From: a virus
Lineage: Duplodnaviria > Caudoviricetes
Length of the DNA: 43,483 nucleotides
Strand: one strand, 5' to 3'
Virus record (IMG/VR): IMGVR_UViG_3300026534_000004
Location: 1 to 43,483 of that record
Position numbers and translations under genes: made by a program
In this document: one piece after another, positions 15,260 to 23,652 of the stretch
How the letters are laid out: the number at the start of each line of letters is the position of its first letter
Numbering within the stretch: the stretch's first letter is position 1
The notes under the pieces: model-generated
Seen by the model: the letters and a program-made list of their open reading frames with translations, nothing else
Told to the model about the DNA's origin: nothing
The model's database searches: none

Positions 15260-15556
15260 ATGAATATCGTTCAGCATCTCAAATCAATCTTTGGCGGTAG
15301 CTACGCCGCCGTCGGAAAGGCCCTTGGCGGTCTCTCCGGTGAGGCAATTAGAAAATGGGAAAAAAACGGCATCCCGGCCGAGCGCGTCCGTGAAATTGCT
15401 GAAGCGACGAACTGGCGCATAACGCCTCATCAGCTTGCGCCGCACATATATCCGCATCCGGATGACGGGTTGCCGGAAATGTTCCGTGGCACGGCCGTCG
15501 AAGCCGCCGCGCGAGACTCTTGGGCCACTGGCACGGCGTCGGAAGAGGCGGCATAG
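15260..15556 (+). CDS. Cro-like (YdaS-type) regulator
   Basis: GLSGEAIRKW..GIPAER..ITPHQLAPHIYP.PDDGLP. Confidence 0.85.
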   Translation: MNIVQHLKSIFGGSYAAVGKALGGLSGEAIRKWEKNGIPAERVREIAEATNWRITPHQLAPHIYPHPDDGLPEMFRGTAVEAAARDSWATGTASEEAA

Positions 15557-15606
15557 ATGAAGGTCCCTCCATCCATCCCTCCAGCGCCAACCCTGGCGCA
15601 TTCCCC

Positions 15607-15643
15607 GGCAGTCTTTCCCCAGCGGGCTGCGCGGGGCTTTTTA
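15607..15643 (+). terminator. Possible intrinsic terminator after cro
   Basis: CCCC(A)GCG-ggctg-CGCGGGG hairpin followed by CTTTTTA. Confidence 0.45.
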
Positions 15644-15949
15644 TTCCGGGCCGTCTTCATCGTCGAGCGAAGCAATGAAGGCGTCGAAGGCGGTCCACAA
15701 CTCTGCGAGAGGGCACCCAGTCGCAAACACACGATTGCGATCAGGGTGCCCATTTTCCCCAGACGCGGGGCAATTCGGCCAACGGCTGTGCGAGCAGGGC
15801 ACCAGCAGCGATTTCCCTGCCGCCATGGCCATGGTTTTCACAGTGGCGCCGACGAAATGGCATCGGGTTTCAGAAACGCCCTGGAAGACGAAAAGGGCAA
15901 GACTCGCACCCCCCGTGCGGCGCTTTCCATGGCTGTCGTCGTCATTCAT
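15641..15949 (-). CDS. Antisense-oriented hypothetical protein between cro and cII
   Basis: 102 aa from MNDDDSHG with GAGGAG RBS; fills an otherwise empty gap. Confidence 0.45.
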   Translation of the reverse strand: MNDDDSHGKRRTGGASLALFVFQGVSETRCHFVGATVKTMAMAAGKSLLVPCSHSRWPNCPASGENGHPDRNRVFATGCPLAELWTAFDAFIASLDDEDGPE

Positions 15950-16034
15950 ACAACGGTCTCCTCGGGTTTCGCAGTGCAATCTGAGTGTGGACAGGATCGT
16001 GCTCGTTTCCCACGTGTAATCAGGAGGACCTTAC

Positions 16035-16487
16035 ATGGACCAGCTCGACCAGGCCATCTACGACACGGTGCATGATGCCGGCACCGCGCAATTGGCCGCG
16101 CGCCTGGGCATCAGCCGTCAGGTGCTGATCAACAAGGCCAACCCAAATGACGACCGCAACCACCTCTCTCTGCATCAAGCGCAGGCCATCATGCGAGCAA
16201 CGGGAGACATTCGCATTCTCAATGCGCAGGCCGCACTGCTGGGCTACGACATAACGCCGAAATCCACATCGTCTGACGATAATCCGCTGCACGCCCTGGT
16301 CCGCACCATGTCCGAAACCGCCGAAGCCATCCAGAGCGCATCTTCCGCTCTCGAGGACGGCCGCCTTACCCAGCGGGAGCTGGCCGAGTGCCGCAAGGAG
16401 ATCGCTGAGGCGGTCGAACAACTCTCGCGCCTGGAAGCCTCGCTGATCGCGTTTGCTGACCAGCAGCAGCCGAGGAGAATCGCGTGA
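16035..16487 (+). CDS. Phage CII-like regulatory protein
   Basis: LAARLGISRQVLINKANPN..HLSL...ALEDGRLTQRE; AGGAGG RBS. Confidence 0.8.
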   Translation: MDQLDQAIYDTVHDAGTAQLAARLGISRQVLINKANPNDDRNHLSLHQAQAIMRATGDIRILNAQAALLGYDITPKSTSSDDNPLHALVRTMSETAEAIQSASSALEDGRLTQRELAECRKEIAEAVEQLSRLEASLIAFADQQQPRRIA

Positions 16488-17350
16488 GCATCGACGCGAC
16501 ACGATGGGCTTGGGAGCAGGTCTGCGACAAGGCCACCGACAAGTTCGTGTTGCTGTCGATGGCCGACCGCGCAGACGAGCATCACTGCTGCTATCCATCC
16601 ATCCAGCGACTCGCTGAAGATACTCAACTCAACCGGAAAACGGTGATGGAATGCATTCGCCGGTTGGAGTCGCGCGGCCTGATCGAGGCCGACAGGTCGA
16701 ATGGTCGACACACGAAATACCGGCTCATCGGTGTGCATGGACGACACGAAACCAGTCCCAAAATCGGCACTGGTGGGCGAACACTAACCGGTCCCAAAAA
16801 CGGGACCGCTTCCAGTCCCAAAACTGGGACCGGTCCCAAAAACGGGACCAGTACCAAAAACGGACATGACCAGTCCCAAAAACGGGACCGCACCAGTCCC
16901 AAAAACGGGACACTAACCTACCAAGAACCTACCAAGAACCTACCAAGCGCTGCGCAGCTACGCGCGCACGCGCGCGAGACGGCAATCGCAGACAATCATG
17001 CTCACCCAACCGAGCTGGTCGCCACACTGGCCGAACTCGGCTTCCGCGCCGAGCAGGTCCACACGCCCAAGGTCATGGCCATGCTGCGCCGCTGGCAATC
17101 CGCCGGCGTGACACCGGACACCCTCCGCCAGCTCGTCATCACGCTGCGCGCCAGAACGCCCAATCGCGAGTTCGGCCCCGCGTACCTGGACGCTCCCATG
17201 CACGACTACCTCGAGGCACTCAACCATGCACAGACCGACACCGGCAGCACAACTCGCCACTCAGGCCATCGGCAACGCACGAAAGCCGAGATGTTCTGGG
17301 ACAACATCGGCCCAGGGCTCGCCATCCCGTGGGACGCGCCCGATCCCTGA
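16484..17350 (+). CDS. Replication initiator (O-like, N-terminal wHTH)
   Basis: KFVLLSMADRAD..CYPSIQRLAEDTQLNRKTV; internal iterons. Confidence 0.85.
   Translation: MSIDATRWAWEQVCDKATDKFVLLSMADRADEHHCCYPSIQRLAEDTQLNRKTVMECIRRLESRGLIEADRSNGRHTKYRLIGVHGRHETSPKIGTGGRTLTGPKNGTASSPKTGTGPKNGTSTKNGHDQSQKRDRTSPKNGTLTYQEPTKNLPSAAQLRAHARETAIADNHAHPTELVATLAELGFRAEQVHTPKVMAMLRRWQSAGVTPDTLRQLVITLRARTPNREFGPAYLDAPMHDYLEALNHAQTDTGSTTRHSGHRQRTKAEMFWDNIGPGLAIPWDAPDP
16751..16947. repeat. Iterons / putative phage origin within the initiator gene
   Basis: About 7 copies of (A)CCAGTCCCAAAAACGGGAC-like units, then 3 x AACCTACCAAG (16915-16947). Confidence 0.8.
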
Positions 17351-18002
17351 GCCAATCCCGGATCACTGGGTCGACAAGCTCTTCGCGCGGCTGGCGGCAA
17401 TCTACGGGCATCGCTTCCAGAGCACTTATCCGGACGACAAGGCGCTGACATTGGCGAAGCGGGAGTGGGCGCAGGCGCTGGGCCGGGTGGCGCCAGAGCG
17501 GATCGCCTCGGCGTTGGACAAGCTCGTCGAATCGGCGAGCCCCTGGCCGCCGTCGTTGCCGGAGTTCATCGCGCTGTGCCGAGTGTCCGCCGAGGACCTG
17601 GGGGCGCCTTCCGCCGCCGAGGCGTGGCGCATCGCCTGCAATGCGCGCGGCAAGCCAGGCACCCTGCAGCAGCGGTACCGCCACCCGCTGGTGCTGGCCG
17701 CCGCCACGCATCCCGACTGCGATCTGTTCACCTGGTCGCAACTGCCGGAACGTGAGGGGCTTGCCCGCTTCCGCCCAGTGTACGAGCGACTGCTGGCGCA
17801 GATGGCAAACGGCGATGAGTTCGTCTGGCCGGAACCGCGCAAGGACATTGAGGACCGTACCGGCAGCGCTGTCACACCGCGCGAGAAGGCCGAAGCTCGT
17901 TACCAGGCCAAGCAGGCATTGCGAGCAATGAGGGCCCGTGTGACCGGTAGATCTCCGATTACCGACTGGCAGCGCGTCCACGGGATGCGGAGGTACGTGT
18001 GA
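17226..18002 (+). CDS. Replication protein P-like (helicase loader)
   Basis: LFARLAAIYG..AKREW..SPWPPSLPEFIALC; follows the O-like gene. True start probably later. Confidence 0.7.
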   Translation: MHRPTPAAQLATQAIGNARKPRCSGTTSAQGSPSRGTRPIPEPIPDHWVDKLFARLAAIYGHRFQSTYPDDKALTLAKREWAQALGRVAPERIASALDKLVESASPWPPSLPEFIALCRVSAEDLGAPSAAEAWRIACNARGKPGTLQQRYRHPLVLAAATHPDCDLFTWSQLPEREGLARFRPVYERLLAQMANGDEFVWPEPRKDIEDRTGSAVTPREKAEARYQAKQALRAMRARVTGRSPITDWQRVHGMRRYV

Positions 18003-18175
18003 TGGCGATCAAGCCTCATCGGCATCGCTGTGACGCATGCGCATTCTCAGCATGGGACGGCGATGAAGAGCGACTCTGGTGCCGCAAAGGGCAACCCGGA
18101 TGCCCGGAAATTGGGGACTGGTGCCGTGGATTCGAGCGTTACCCAGGCGCCGAACCCATCGAGGAGAAACGATGA
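18002..18175 (+). CDS. 57-aa Cys-rich hypothetical protein
   Basis: MAIKPHRHRCDAC...WCRKGQPGC...WCRGF; GGAGG RBS; overlaps both neighbours; not in the ORF track. Confidence 0.6.
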   Translation: MAIKPHRHRCDACAFSAWDGDEERLWCRKGQPGCPEIGDWCRGFERYPGAEPIEEKR

Positions 18176-18372
18176 CGTCGAAATGGAAAACGCATCGTTG
18201 GCGCCGTGGAGAACGGCACCCGAAGGCGCGTCTGAGCGATCACGACGTCGAGTTCATGCGCCAATTGCACGATGAGTATTGTTTGAGCGTGGCCGATGTG
18301 GCCCGCAAATTCGACGTGAGCTATTGGACGGCGCGAGACATCTGCAAATACCGAACGAGAGCCGCCGTATGA
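18172..18372 (+). CDS. Small HTH DNA-binding protein
   Basis: RGERHPKARLS...LSVADVARKFDVSYWTARDIC. Confidence 0.72.
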   Translation: MTSKWKTHRWRRGERHPKARLSDHDVEFMRQLHDEYCLSVADVARKFDVSYWTARDICKYRTRAAV

Positions 18373-18662
18373 GCACCAACAACCTCTACGATCTCATTCG
18401 CAGGCTGCATCGGCAATTCCCCATCAATGATCGGGCACCACACGCTGCTTGTGAACAATGCGGTGCCGCAGCGATCGGAGGCGATCTCTGCGCCGATTGT
18501 CTGGTGGACGAGATCGAAAAAATCACGGGAGACAGTTATCACCCACACAGATATCGCACGCAGATCGCTCTGCAGCAGTGGCATCTGCGAGAAATGGTCA
18601 AAAACGTCGAACGGAGAATGCATGAACATGATGAAGAAAAAAAATCTCGACTATGCGGATGA
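18369..18662 (+). CDS. Hypothetical Zn-finger protein
   Basis: CEQC...CADC; ATGA-coupled. Confidence 0.55.
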   Translation: MSTNNLYDLIRRLHRQFPINDRAPHAACEQCGAAAIGGDLCADCLVDEIEKITGDSYHPHRYRTQIALQQWHLREMVKNVERRMHEHDEEKKSRLCG

Positions 18663-18789
18663 AATTCGCGGCAAAGCCTGGGAACAATGCAAGCCGCTGA
18701 TCGCAAGAGGCCGAATCGGTGATGCCTACCGCATCATGACCGATGCCTGCGCTAAGGCGTGGGAGATCGAGCGCAAAGAGGTCAATTGA
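18622..18789 (+). CDS. Small hypothetical protein
   Basis: MNMMKKKNLDYADEIRG...; fills the gap before rusA. Confidence 0.45.
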   Translation: MNMMKKKNLDYADEIRGKAWEQCKPLIARGRIGDAYRIMTDACAKAWEIERKEVN

Positions 18790-18794
18790 TCCTG

Positions 18795-19154
18795 ATGATT
18801 CATATCAACCTGCCATGGCCGCCCTCTGTCAACCGTTACTGGCGGGCTGTGCGAGGACGTGTGCTCATTTCGCGTGATGGTCGAGCCTACCGTAGCCGGG
18901 TAGGGCAGATCGTTGCGCTCAGCGGCATTCAGCGGCTCGGGAGCGCTCGCATCGGCGTGTATATCACCGCCTACCCGCCCGACCGGCGCCTGCGTGACCT
19001 CGACAACACACTCAAGGCGACCCTGGATTCGATTTCCCACGCCGGCCTGTTTGACGACGATGGGCAGATCGACGACCTGCACATCACGCGCGGCCCGGTG
19101 GAAAAACCCGGCCGCCTGGAAATCACCATCAGCCAGCTGGAGGCTCCTGCATGA
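18795..19154 (+). CDS. rusA: RusA Holliday junction resolvase
   Basis: LPWPPSVNRYWR...PPDRRLRDLDNTLKATLD...DDGQID. Confidence 0.92.
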   Translation: MIHINLPWPPSVNRYWRAVRGRVLISRDGRAYRSRVGQIVALSGIQRLGSARIGVYITAYPPDRRLRDLDNTLKATLDSISHAGLFDDDGQIDDLHITRGPVEKPGRLEITISQLEAPA

Positions 19155-19603
19155 ACCCGCCAAAGCTTCGCCATTTCCGGCCAGAGGAATTCCGCGAATG
19201 GTGGCCTCTGATGGACCCGCGTTTACTCGAAGCGCTGGATGAATTCCGGGATCGTCTGCGCGCGCCGGTAATGATCTCCCCAGCACAAGGAGCACTCGGC
19301 CGACATTTGGGGGCTGAACATCACAGCCGGCACAATGTCGACCGCTGGGGCACCGTGCAGGCCGCGGACATCATGCTCCCCCGTGGCCCGGATTTGTATG
19401 ATCAGCATAGCGCAATGGCGGTGGTCGGAATTGCCACTTCCTGTGGTTTTGGCGGCATTGGTATCTATCTCGGCTGGGAACCCTATCCGGGGATGCACCT
19501 CGACATCCGTCCATTCAAGCCAGGCGGAATTTCAGCGACGTGGTCTCGTGTCAACGGCAAGTACGTTGCCATGAGTCAGGCATGGGAACGGAAAATCACA
19601 TGA
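19151..19603 (+). CDS. Peptidase M15-family endolysin
   Basis: HFRPEEF, SRH...AADI, GGIGIY, HLDIR zinc-peptidase motifs. Confidence 0.75.
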   Translation: MNPPKLRHFRPEEFREWWPLMDPRLLEALDEFRDRLRAPVMISPAQGALGRHLGAEHHSRHNVDRWGTVQAADIMLPRGPDLYDQHSAMAVVGIATSCGFGGIGIYLGWEPYPGMHLDIRPFKPGGISATWSRVNGKYVAMSQAWERKIT

Positions 19604-19944
19604 ACGAGAAACGTTCGATGCCATGGCTCGAGGTTGCCGGGATGCGCATTCGCGTCATTGACGGCGACCCGAAATCACGACCACCTTATCGAGCATTCGG
19701 CACCATTGCTTGTCATGGCGACATTGCCATTGTCGATGGATTGGTAGGGAAAATCAGACCAAGTGAAATCACGTTGTTTTATCGCAAGGTTCGCAATCTC
19801 GGATATCGATGGCTAGTCGCTGAACGAGTCGGAAAACATCGTTTGCCATATAGCCGCTTGATCGATCGAGACGGCGCGTTTGGTGGATGGTACGAAGTGG
19901 ATTTGACGCAATTCGATGAGATGAAGGACGAACCCATCGCATGA
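19600..19944 (+). CDS. Hypothetical protein
   Basis: MNEKRSMPW...; ATGA overlap with the endolysin. Confidence 0.55.
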   Translation: MNEKRSMPWLEVAGMRIRVIDGDPKSRPPYRAFGTIACHGDIAIVDGLVGKIRPSEITLFYRKVRNLGYRWLVAERVGKHRLPYSRLIDRDGAFGGWYEVDLTQFDEMKDEPIA

Positions 19945-19966
19945 TGGCCCTTGGAAAAAATGGACG

Positions 19967-20185
19967 ATGTTGGATTCGAACATGACCGATTTTGCGATGT
20001 GTGAAATGGGCATTGGTGAAGGGTGCCTTTGCCACAGGGCAGGCACCTGCCGGAGAAGTCCCTCCAGCGGCACCCGCCAGGGCGACAGGCAACCGTGGGC
20101 TGACTGGTGGAAGACCTGGGTAAACGGCGACCCAATGACCTGTGAGGGGTATTGGTCAGTTGAGGAGGCGACATGCAAGGACTGA
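19967..20185 (+). CDS. Small Cys/Trp-rich hypothetical protein
   Basis: ORF overlapping the terS start. Confidence 0.45.
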   Translation: MLDSNMTDFAMCEMGIGEGCLCHRAGTCRRSPSSGTRQGDRQPWADWWKTWVNGDPMTCEGYWSVEEATCKD

Positions 20186-20577
20186 CGCTACGGCAGGAAA
20201 AATTCTGTCTGGCCTATGTGGAGTGTGGGAACGCTTCGGAGGCCTACCGGCAGACCTACAACGCCTCGCGCATGAAACCGCAGACGGTCAACCGCAAGGC
20301 GAAGGAGCTGCTCGATAACGGCAAGATTGCGGCAAGGGTCAACGAACTCAGGGCCGAGCTGGCAAAGCGCAATATCTGGACCCGCGAGCAGTCCGTCAAG
20401 GCGTTGATCGAGGTGATCCGCCACCCGGACAAGCAGACCGACGTGATCGCCGCTGTGAAGGAACTCAACGCCATGCACGGTTACAACGCGCCGGACAAGC
20501 TCGAGGTCAGCGGCCCCAACGGTTCTCCACTGCCAACACGCATCGTCATCGACTGGGGAGACGGTTCTGAGGAATGA
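20173..20577 (+). CDS. terS: Terminase small subunit
   Basis: LTLRQEKFCLAYVECGNASEAYRQTY pattern; upstream of TerL. Confidence 0.9.
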   Translation: MQGLTLRQEKFCLAYVECGNASEAYRQTYNASRMKPQTVNRKAKELLDNGKIAARVNELRAELAKRNIWTREQSVKALIEVIRHPDKQTDVIAAVKELNAMHGYNAPDKLEVSGPNGSPLPTRIVIDWGDGSEE

Positions 20578-21794
20578 ATGAGCTGAGTATCCAGCTTCCG
20601 CCATGGGCAAAACCCTACCGCCACCCGGCGCGCTACAAGATCGCCTATGGCGGGCGTGGCAGCGGCAAGAGCACCGCTTTCGCCAGGATGACCATCCTGC
20701 GCGCAGTCCGTGAGCCGGTGCGCGTGCTCTGCGCCCGCGAATTGCAGAACTCGATCCAGGACTCCGTGCACCAGCTCATCGCCGATCAGATCGCGATCAT
20801 GGGCCTGTCGGCGCTGTTCCGCGTGCAGGAGAAGGGCATCACCAGCGCTGCCGGTGCCGAGTTTCTATTCAAGGGGCTGCGTGGAACCCGAGGTGATGCA
20901 TCTCAGCTCAAGAGCCTGGAAGGAATTGATATCTGCTGGGTTGAGGAGGGGCAGACTGTGTCCAAGGCCAGCCTGCAGACCCTCATCCCTACCATCCGTA
21001 AGCCAGGATCGGAGATCTGGATCACCTTCAACCCAGACCAGGAGAGCGACCCGGTTTATCAGCTCGCCAAGAATCCACCGGACGGAGCCATCGTGCGCAA
21101 GGTCAACTGGGACCAGAATCCATGGTTTACGCAGGAGCTCGACATGGAACGGCGCTGGATGCAACGCACCGATCCCGATGCCTACGCGCATGTCTGGGAA
21201 GGGCACTGCCGCCAGTACACCGACGCCCAGGTCCTGCGCGGCAAGTGGGCCGTGGAGCCCTTCGCCCCAGGTGGCGACTGGCACGGGCCTTACTACGGCG
21301 CCGATTGGGGCTACGCCCAGGACCCGACCACACTGGTGCGCTGCTGGATTCACGGCGGCCGGCTCTACATCGAGCACGAGGCCTACCAGGTGGGCTGCGA
21401 GATCGACCAGACCCCGGACCTGTTCGATACCGTGCCCGGCTCTCGCACACACCTCATTCGCGCAGACTCCGCCCGGCCCGAGACGATCAGCTATATGCGC
21501 AGGCATGGATTTCGGATCGTCGGCGTCAAGAAAGGCAAGGGCAGCGTTGAGGACGGCGTGGCCCATTTGCGAGGCTATGAGGAGATCATCATCCACCCGC
21601 GCTGCGTCCATACCGCCGAAGAGGCCCGCCTGTGGTCGTTCAAGGTGGACAAGCTCAGTGGTGACGTGTTGCCGAAGCTCGAAGACCGCCACAACCACTG
21701 CTGGGACGGTGTGCGCTACGCGCTGGAGCCGATCATCCATGCAGGAGTCGGCGGCGGGCACGCCGCCGGCATCATCAAGAGGACCGTTGCATGA
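20574..21794 (+). CDS. terL: Terminase large subunit, PBSX family
   Basis: YGGRGSGKS, CARELQNSI, WVEEG, TFNP, GADWG, NHCWDGVRYA. Confidence 0.95.
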   Translation: MNELSIQLPPWAKPYRHPARYKIAYGGRGSGKSTAFARMTILRAVREPVRVLCARELQNSIQDSVHQLIADQIAIMGLSALFRVQEKGITSAAGAEFLFKGLRGTRGDASQLKSLEGIDICWVEEGQTVSKASLQTLIPTIRKPGSEIWITFNPDQESDPVYQLAKNPPDGAIVRKVNWDQNPWFTQELDMERRWMQRTDPDAYAHVWEGHCRQYTDAQVLRGKWAVEPFAPGGDWHGPYYGADWGYAQDPTTLVRCWIHGGRLYIEHEAYQVGCEIDQTPDLFDTVPGSRTHLIRADSARPETISYMRRHGFRIVGVKKGKGSVEDGVAHLRGYEEIIIHPRCVHTAEEARLWSFKVDKLSGDVLPKLEDRHNHCWDGVRYALEPIIHAGVGGGHAAGIIKRTVA

Positions 21795-22168
21795 CCTGTT
21801 TGCCAGCGACAATATCCGAATTGGCAGAGCTCATTGGCGAACCCGACGCGCTTCGGCTGGCGGAGCATTACCAGGGACAACGGCTCTACGTGCCCGCCGA
21901 CCCGGCGCCGGAGCATGCCATCAGCCAACTCATTGGTTATGCGCAGGCCCAGCGGCTCGCCGCGCATTACGGAAGCCAGTCTCTTGATATACCGATGCTG
22001 CATGCACGCAAGATCGATCTTCGCAATCGAGCGATCAGAAACGACAGCGAGCGCATGAGCTATGCGGAACTGGTGCGGAAGTGGAATCTCAGCCGCCGGC
22101 AGATCGCAAACATTCTCAACGCAGAACACCACACCCCGCAAAACGACCTGTTCGAGGAACACTCATGA
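21791..22168 (+). CDS. Mor/C-family transcription activator
   Basis: ELAELIG..ALRLAEHYQGQRLYVP...RNRAIR..C-terminal HTH LVRKWNLSRRQIANI. Confidence 0.8.
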   Translation: MTCLPATISELAELIGEPDALRLAEHYQGQRLYVPADPAPEHAISQLIGYAQAQRLAAHYGSQSLDIPMLHARKIDLRNRAIRNDSERMSYAELVRKWNLSRRQIANILNAEHHTPQNDLFEEHS

Positions 22169-23652
22169 AACTGCTGCAAGCCATCCGTGCCCTGATCCCA
22201 GGCGCAAAATCGGCCCAGATGGCCGCCGTCCGGCCGCGCACAGGCCGTCTCTATACCGATATTGCCACCGGTCCGATCATGGACGAGCTCATTGCGACGA
22301 TCGACGTTGACGAGGTCCTGCGCGGCCTGGGAAAAACCCGAGCGGAACTTCGCAAGATGGAGTTCGATGCCGAGATCGCAACCGCACTGGAAACACGCCT
22401 CAACGCCCTGCTTGGCATATCTTGGAGACTCGATGAAAGCAATACATCGAGTGAACGCATTGACTGGCTAAAATCGCAATTGCAGCCGAGATTGGAGACG
22501 ATTATTCGCGGCGCATGGCGAGCCGTGCCCTATGGCTACGCGGTGCAAGAGATCATCTACAGCCGGGAGCCAGACGGCCGTATCGGACTGGCACGGGTGA
22601 CAGAAAAACCCTTCGAATGGTTCCAGCCCACGCGCAACGGCGGACTGTATCTGCTGCGCCCTGATGGCAGCAAAGTGCAGGTCAATACCGACATCAAATT
22701 TCTACTCACACGCCGTCAGCCCAGCTGGCGCCAGCCCTACGGCGAAGCGCTGCTCTCGCGCCTGTGGCACCCGTGGTTCTTCCGCTACAACGCATGGCGC
22801 TTCTGGATGCAATTCGTCGAGCGGTTCGGTGAGCCGTTGCTTATCGGCGCCACCCTCGACCCACAACGGATGGTGGAGGAAATTCAGTCCTTGGGTTATG
22901 AGGCGGTTCTTGCCGTTCCAGATGGCACGCAGGTCAACCTCATGCAGCCGCATGGAGACGGCCACAAGGCGCTCATCCAAGAACTTGTCAAGCAGGTCAA
23001 CAAAACCATCCTGGGACAGACACTGACCTCCGATGTTGGCAAGACTGGATCCTATGCTGCAGCCAAAGTCCACAACGAAGTGCGCACCGATCGTCGCAAT
23101 GCCGATGCGCGGCTCGTTGCTGGAACTATCCAGACACTCATCAATGCGCTCTGGTTGCTCAACGGATTTGATGACACGCCTCCCACGTTCAGTTTCAATA
23201 CCGAAGACAAGGCCGTCACAACAGACCAGGCGGAGTCGTATGCAAAGCTCAAGGCCGCTGGAATACGGCTCACCGAGCAATATTTACTGCGCGAGCATGA
23301 CTTTACCGAGGGTGACTTTGTGATCGAACAAGGTCCGCCGCCGCAGCCATCGGCATTGCAGGCCAGTCAATCGCCATTGGCGCTGGCGGCCGGGCAGGGT
23401 GGCTCATTTACCCAGGCACAGCAGCAAATTGAGAATCTCGTCGATGCCAGCGTCAATGGCGTGCCGTCTCCGATCGGAGAAGACCGGCTCAAAGCGATCA
23501 TCGCCAAGGCGAAAAGCCCCGAACATCTGGATGAACTGCTTGCCCAAGAGGCCGCTGGCGCCGACCCAGCCGCCTACCGGCAACTCCTCGAGCGCGCCCT
23601 GTTCGCCGCTGACGTGGTCGGATATGTGACTGCAGAGCAGCGCAAAGAATGA
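22165..23652 (+). CDS. Portal protein (Mu gp29/DUF935-like)
   Basis: AVPYGYAVQEI, PYGEALLSRL, FVERFGEP, ILGQTLTS, GSYAAAKVHNEVR. Confidence 0.88.
   Translation: MKLLQAIRALIPGAKSAQMAAVRPRTGRLYTDIATGPIMDELIATIDVDEVLRGLGKTRAELRKMEFDAEIATALETRLNALLGISWRLDESNTSSERIDWLKSQLQPRLETIIRGAWRAVPYGYAVQEIIYSREPDGRIGLARVTEKPFEWFQPTRNGGLYLLRPDGSKVQVNTDIKFLLTRRQPSWRQPYGEALLSRLWHPWFFRYNAWRFWMQFVERFGEPLLIGATLDPQRMVEEIQSLGYEAVLAVPDGTQVNLMQPHGDGHKALIQELVKQVNKTILGQTLTSDVGKTGSYAAAKVHNEVRTDRRNADARLVAGTIQTLINALWLLNGFDDTPPTFSFNTEDKAVTTDQAESYAKLKAAGIRLTEQYLLREHDFTEGDFVIEQGPPPQPSALQASQSPLALAAGQGGSFTQAQQQIENLVDASVNGVPSPIGEDRLKAIIAKAKSPEHLDELLAQEAAGADPAAYRQLLERALFAADVVGYVTAEQRKE

Noticed and set aside
15607-15648. GTCTTTCCCC..GCGGGG hairpin as a I-E-like solitary repeat
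   Set aside because: The bulged stem, longer loop and U-tract fit a terminator after cro better.
16751-16947. Semi-palindromic repeats as a CRISPR array
   Set aside because: They lie inside the replication initiator ORF with only 0-6 bp between units, which is typical of iterons.
20710-21987. 425-aa alternative-frame ORF within terL, and other long shadow ORFs (e.g. 23574-24764, 32781-34073, 34677-36008)
   Set aside because: Low-complexity Arg/Pro/Ala or antisense shadows of well-supported genes in high-GC DNA, with no motifs.
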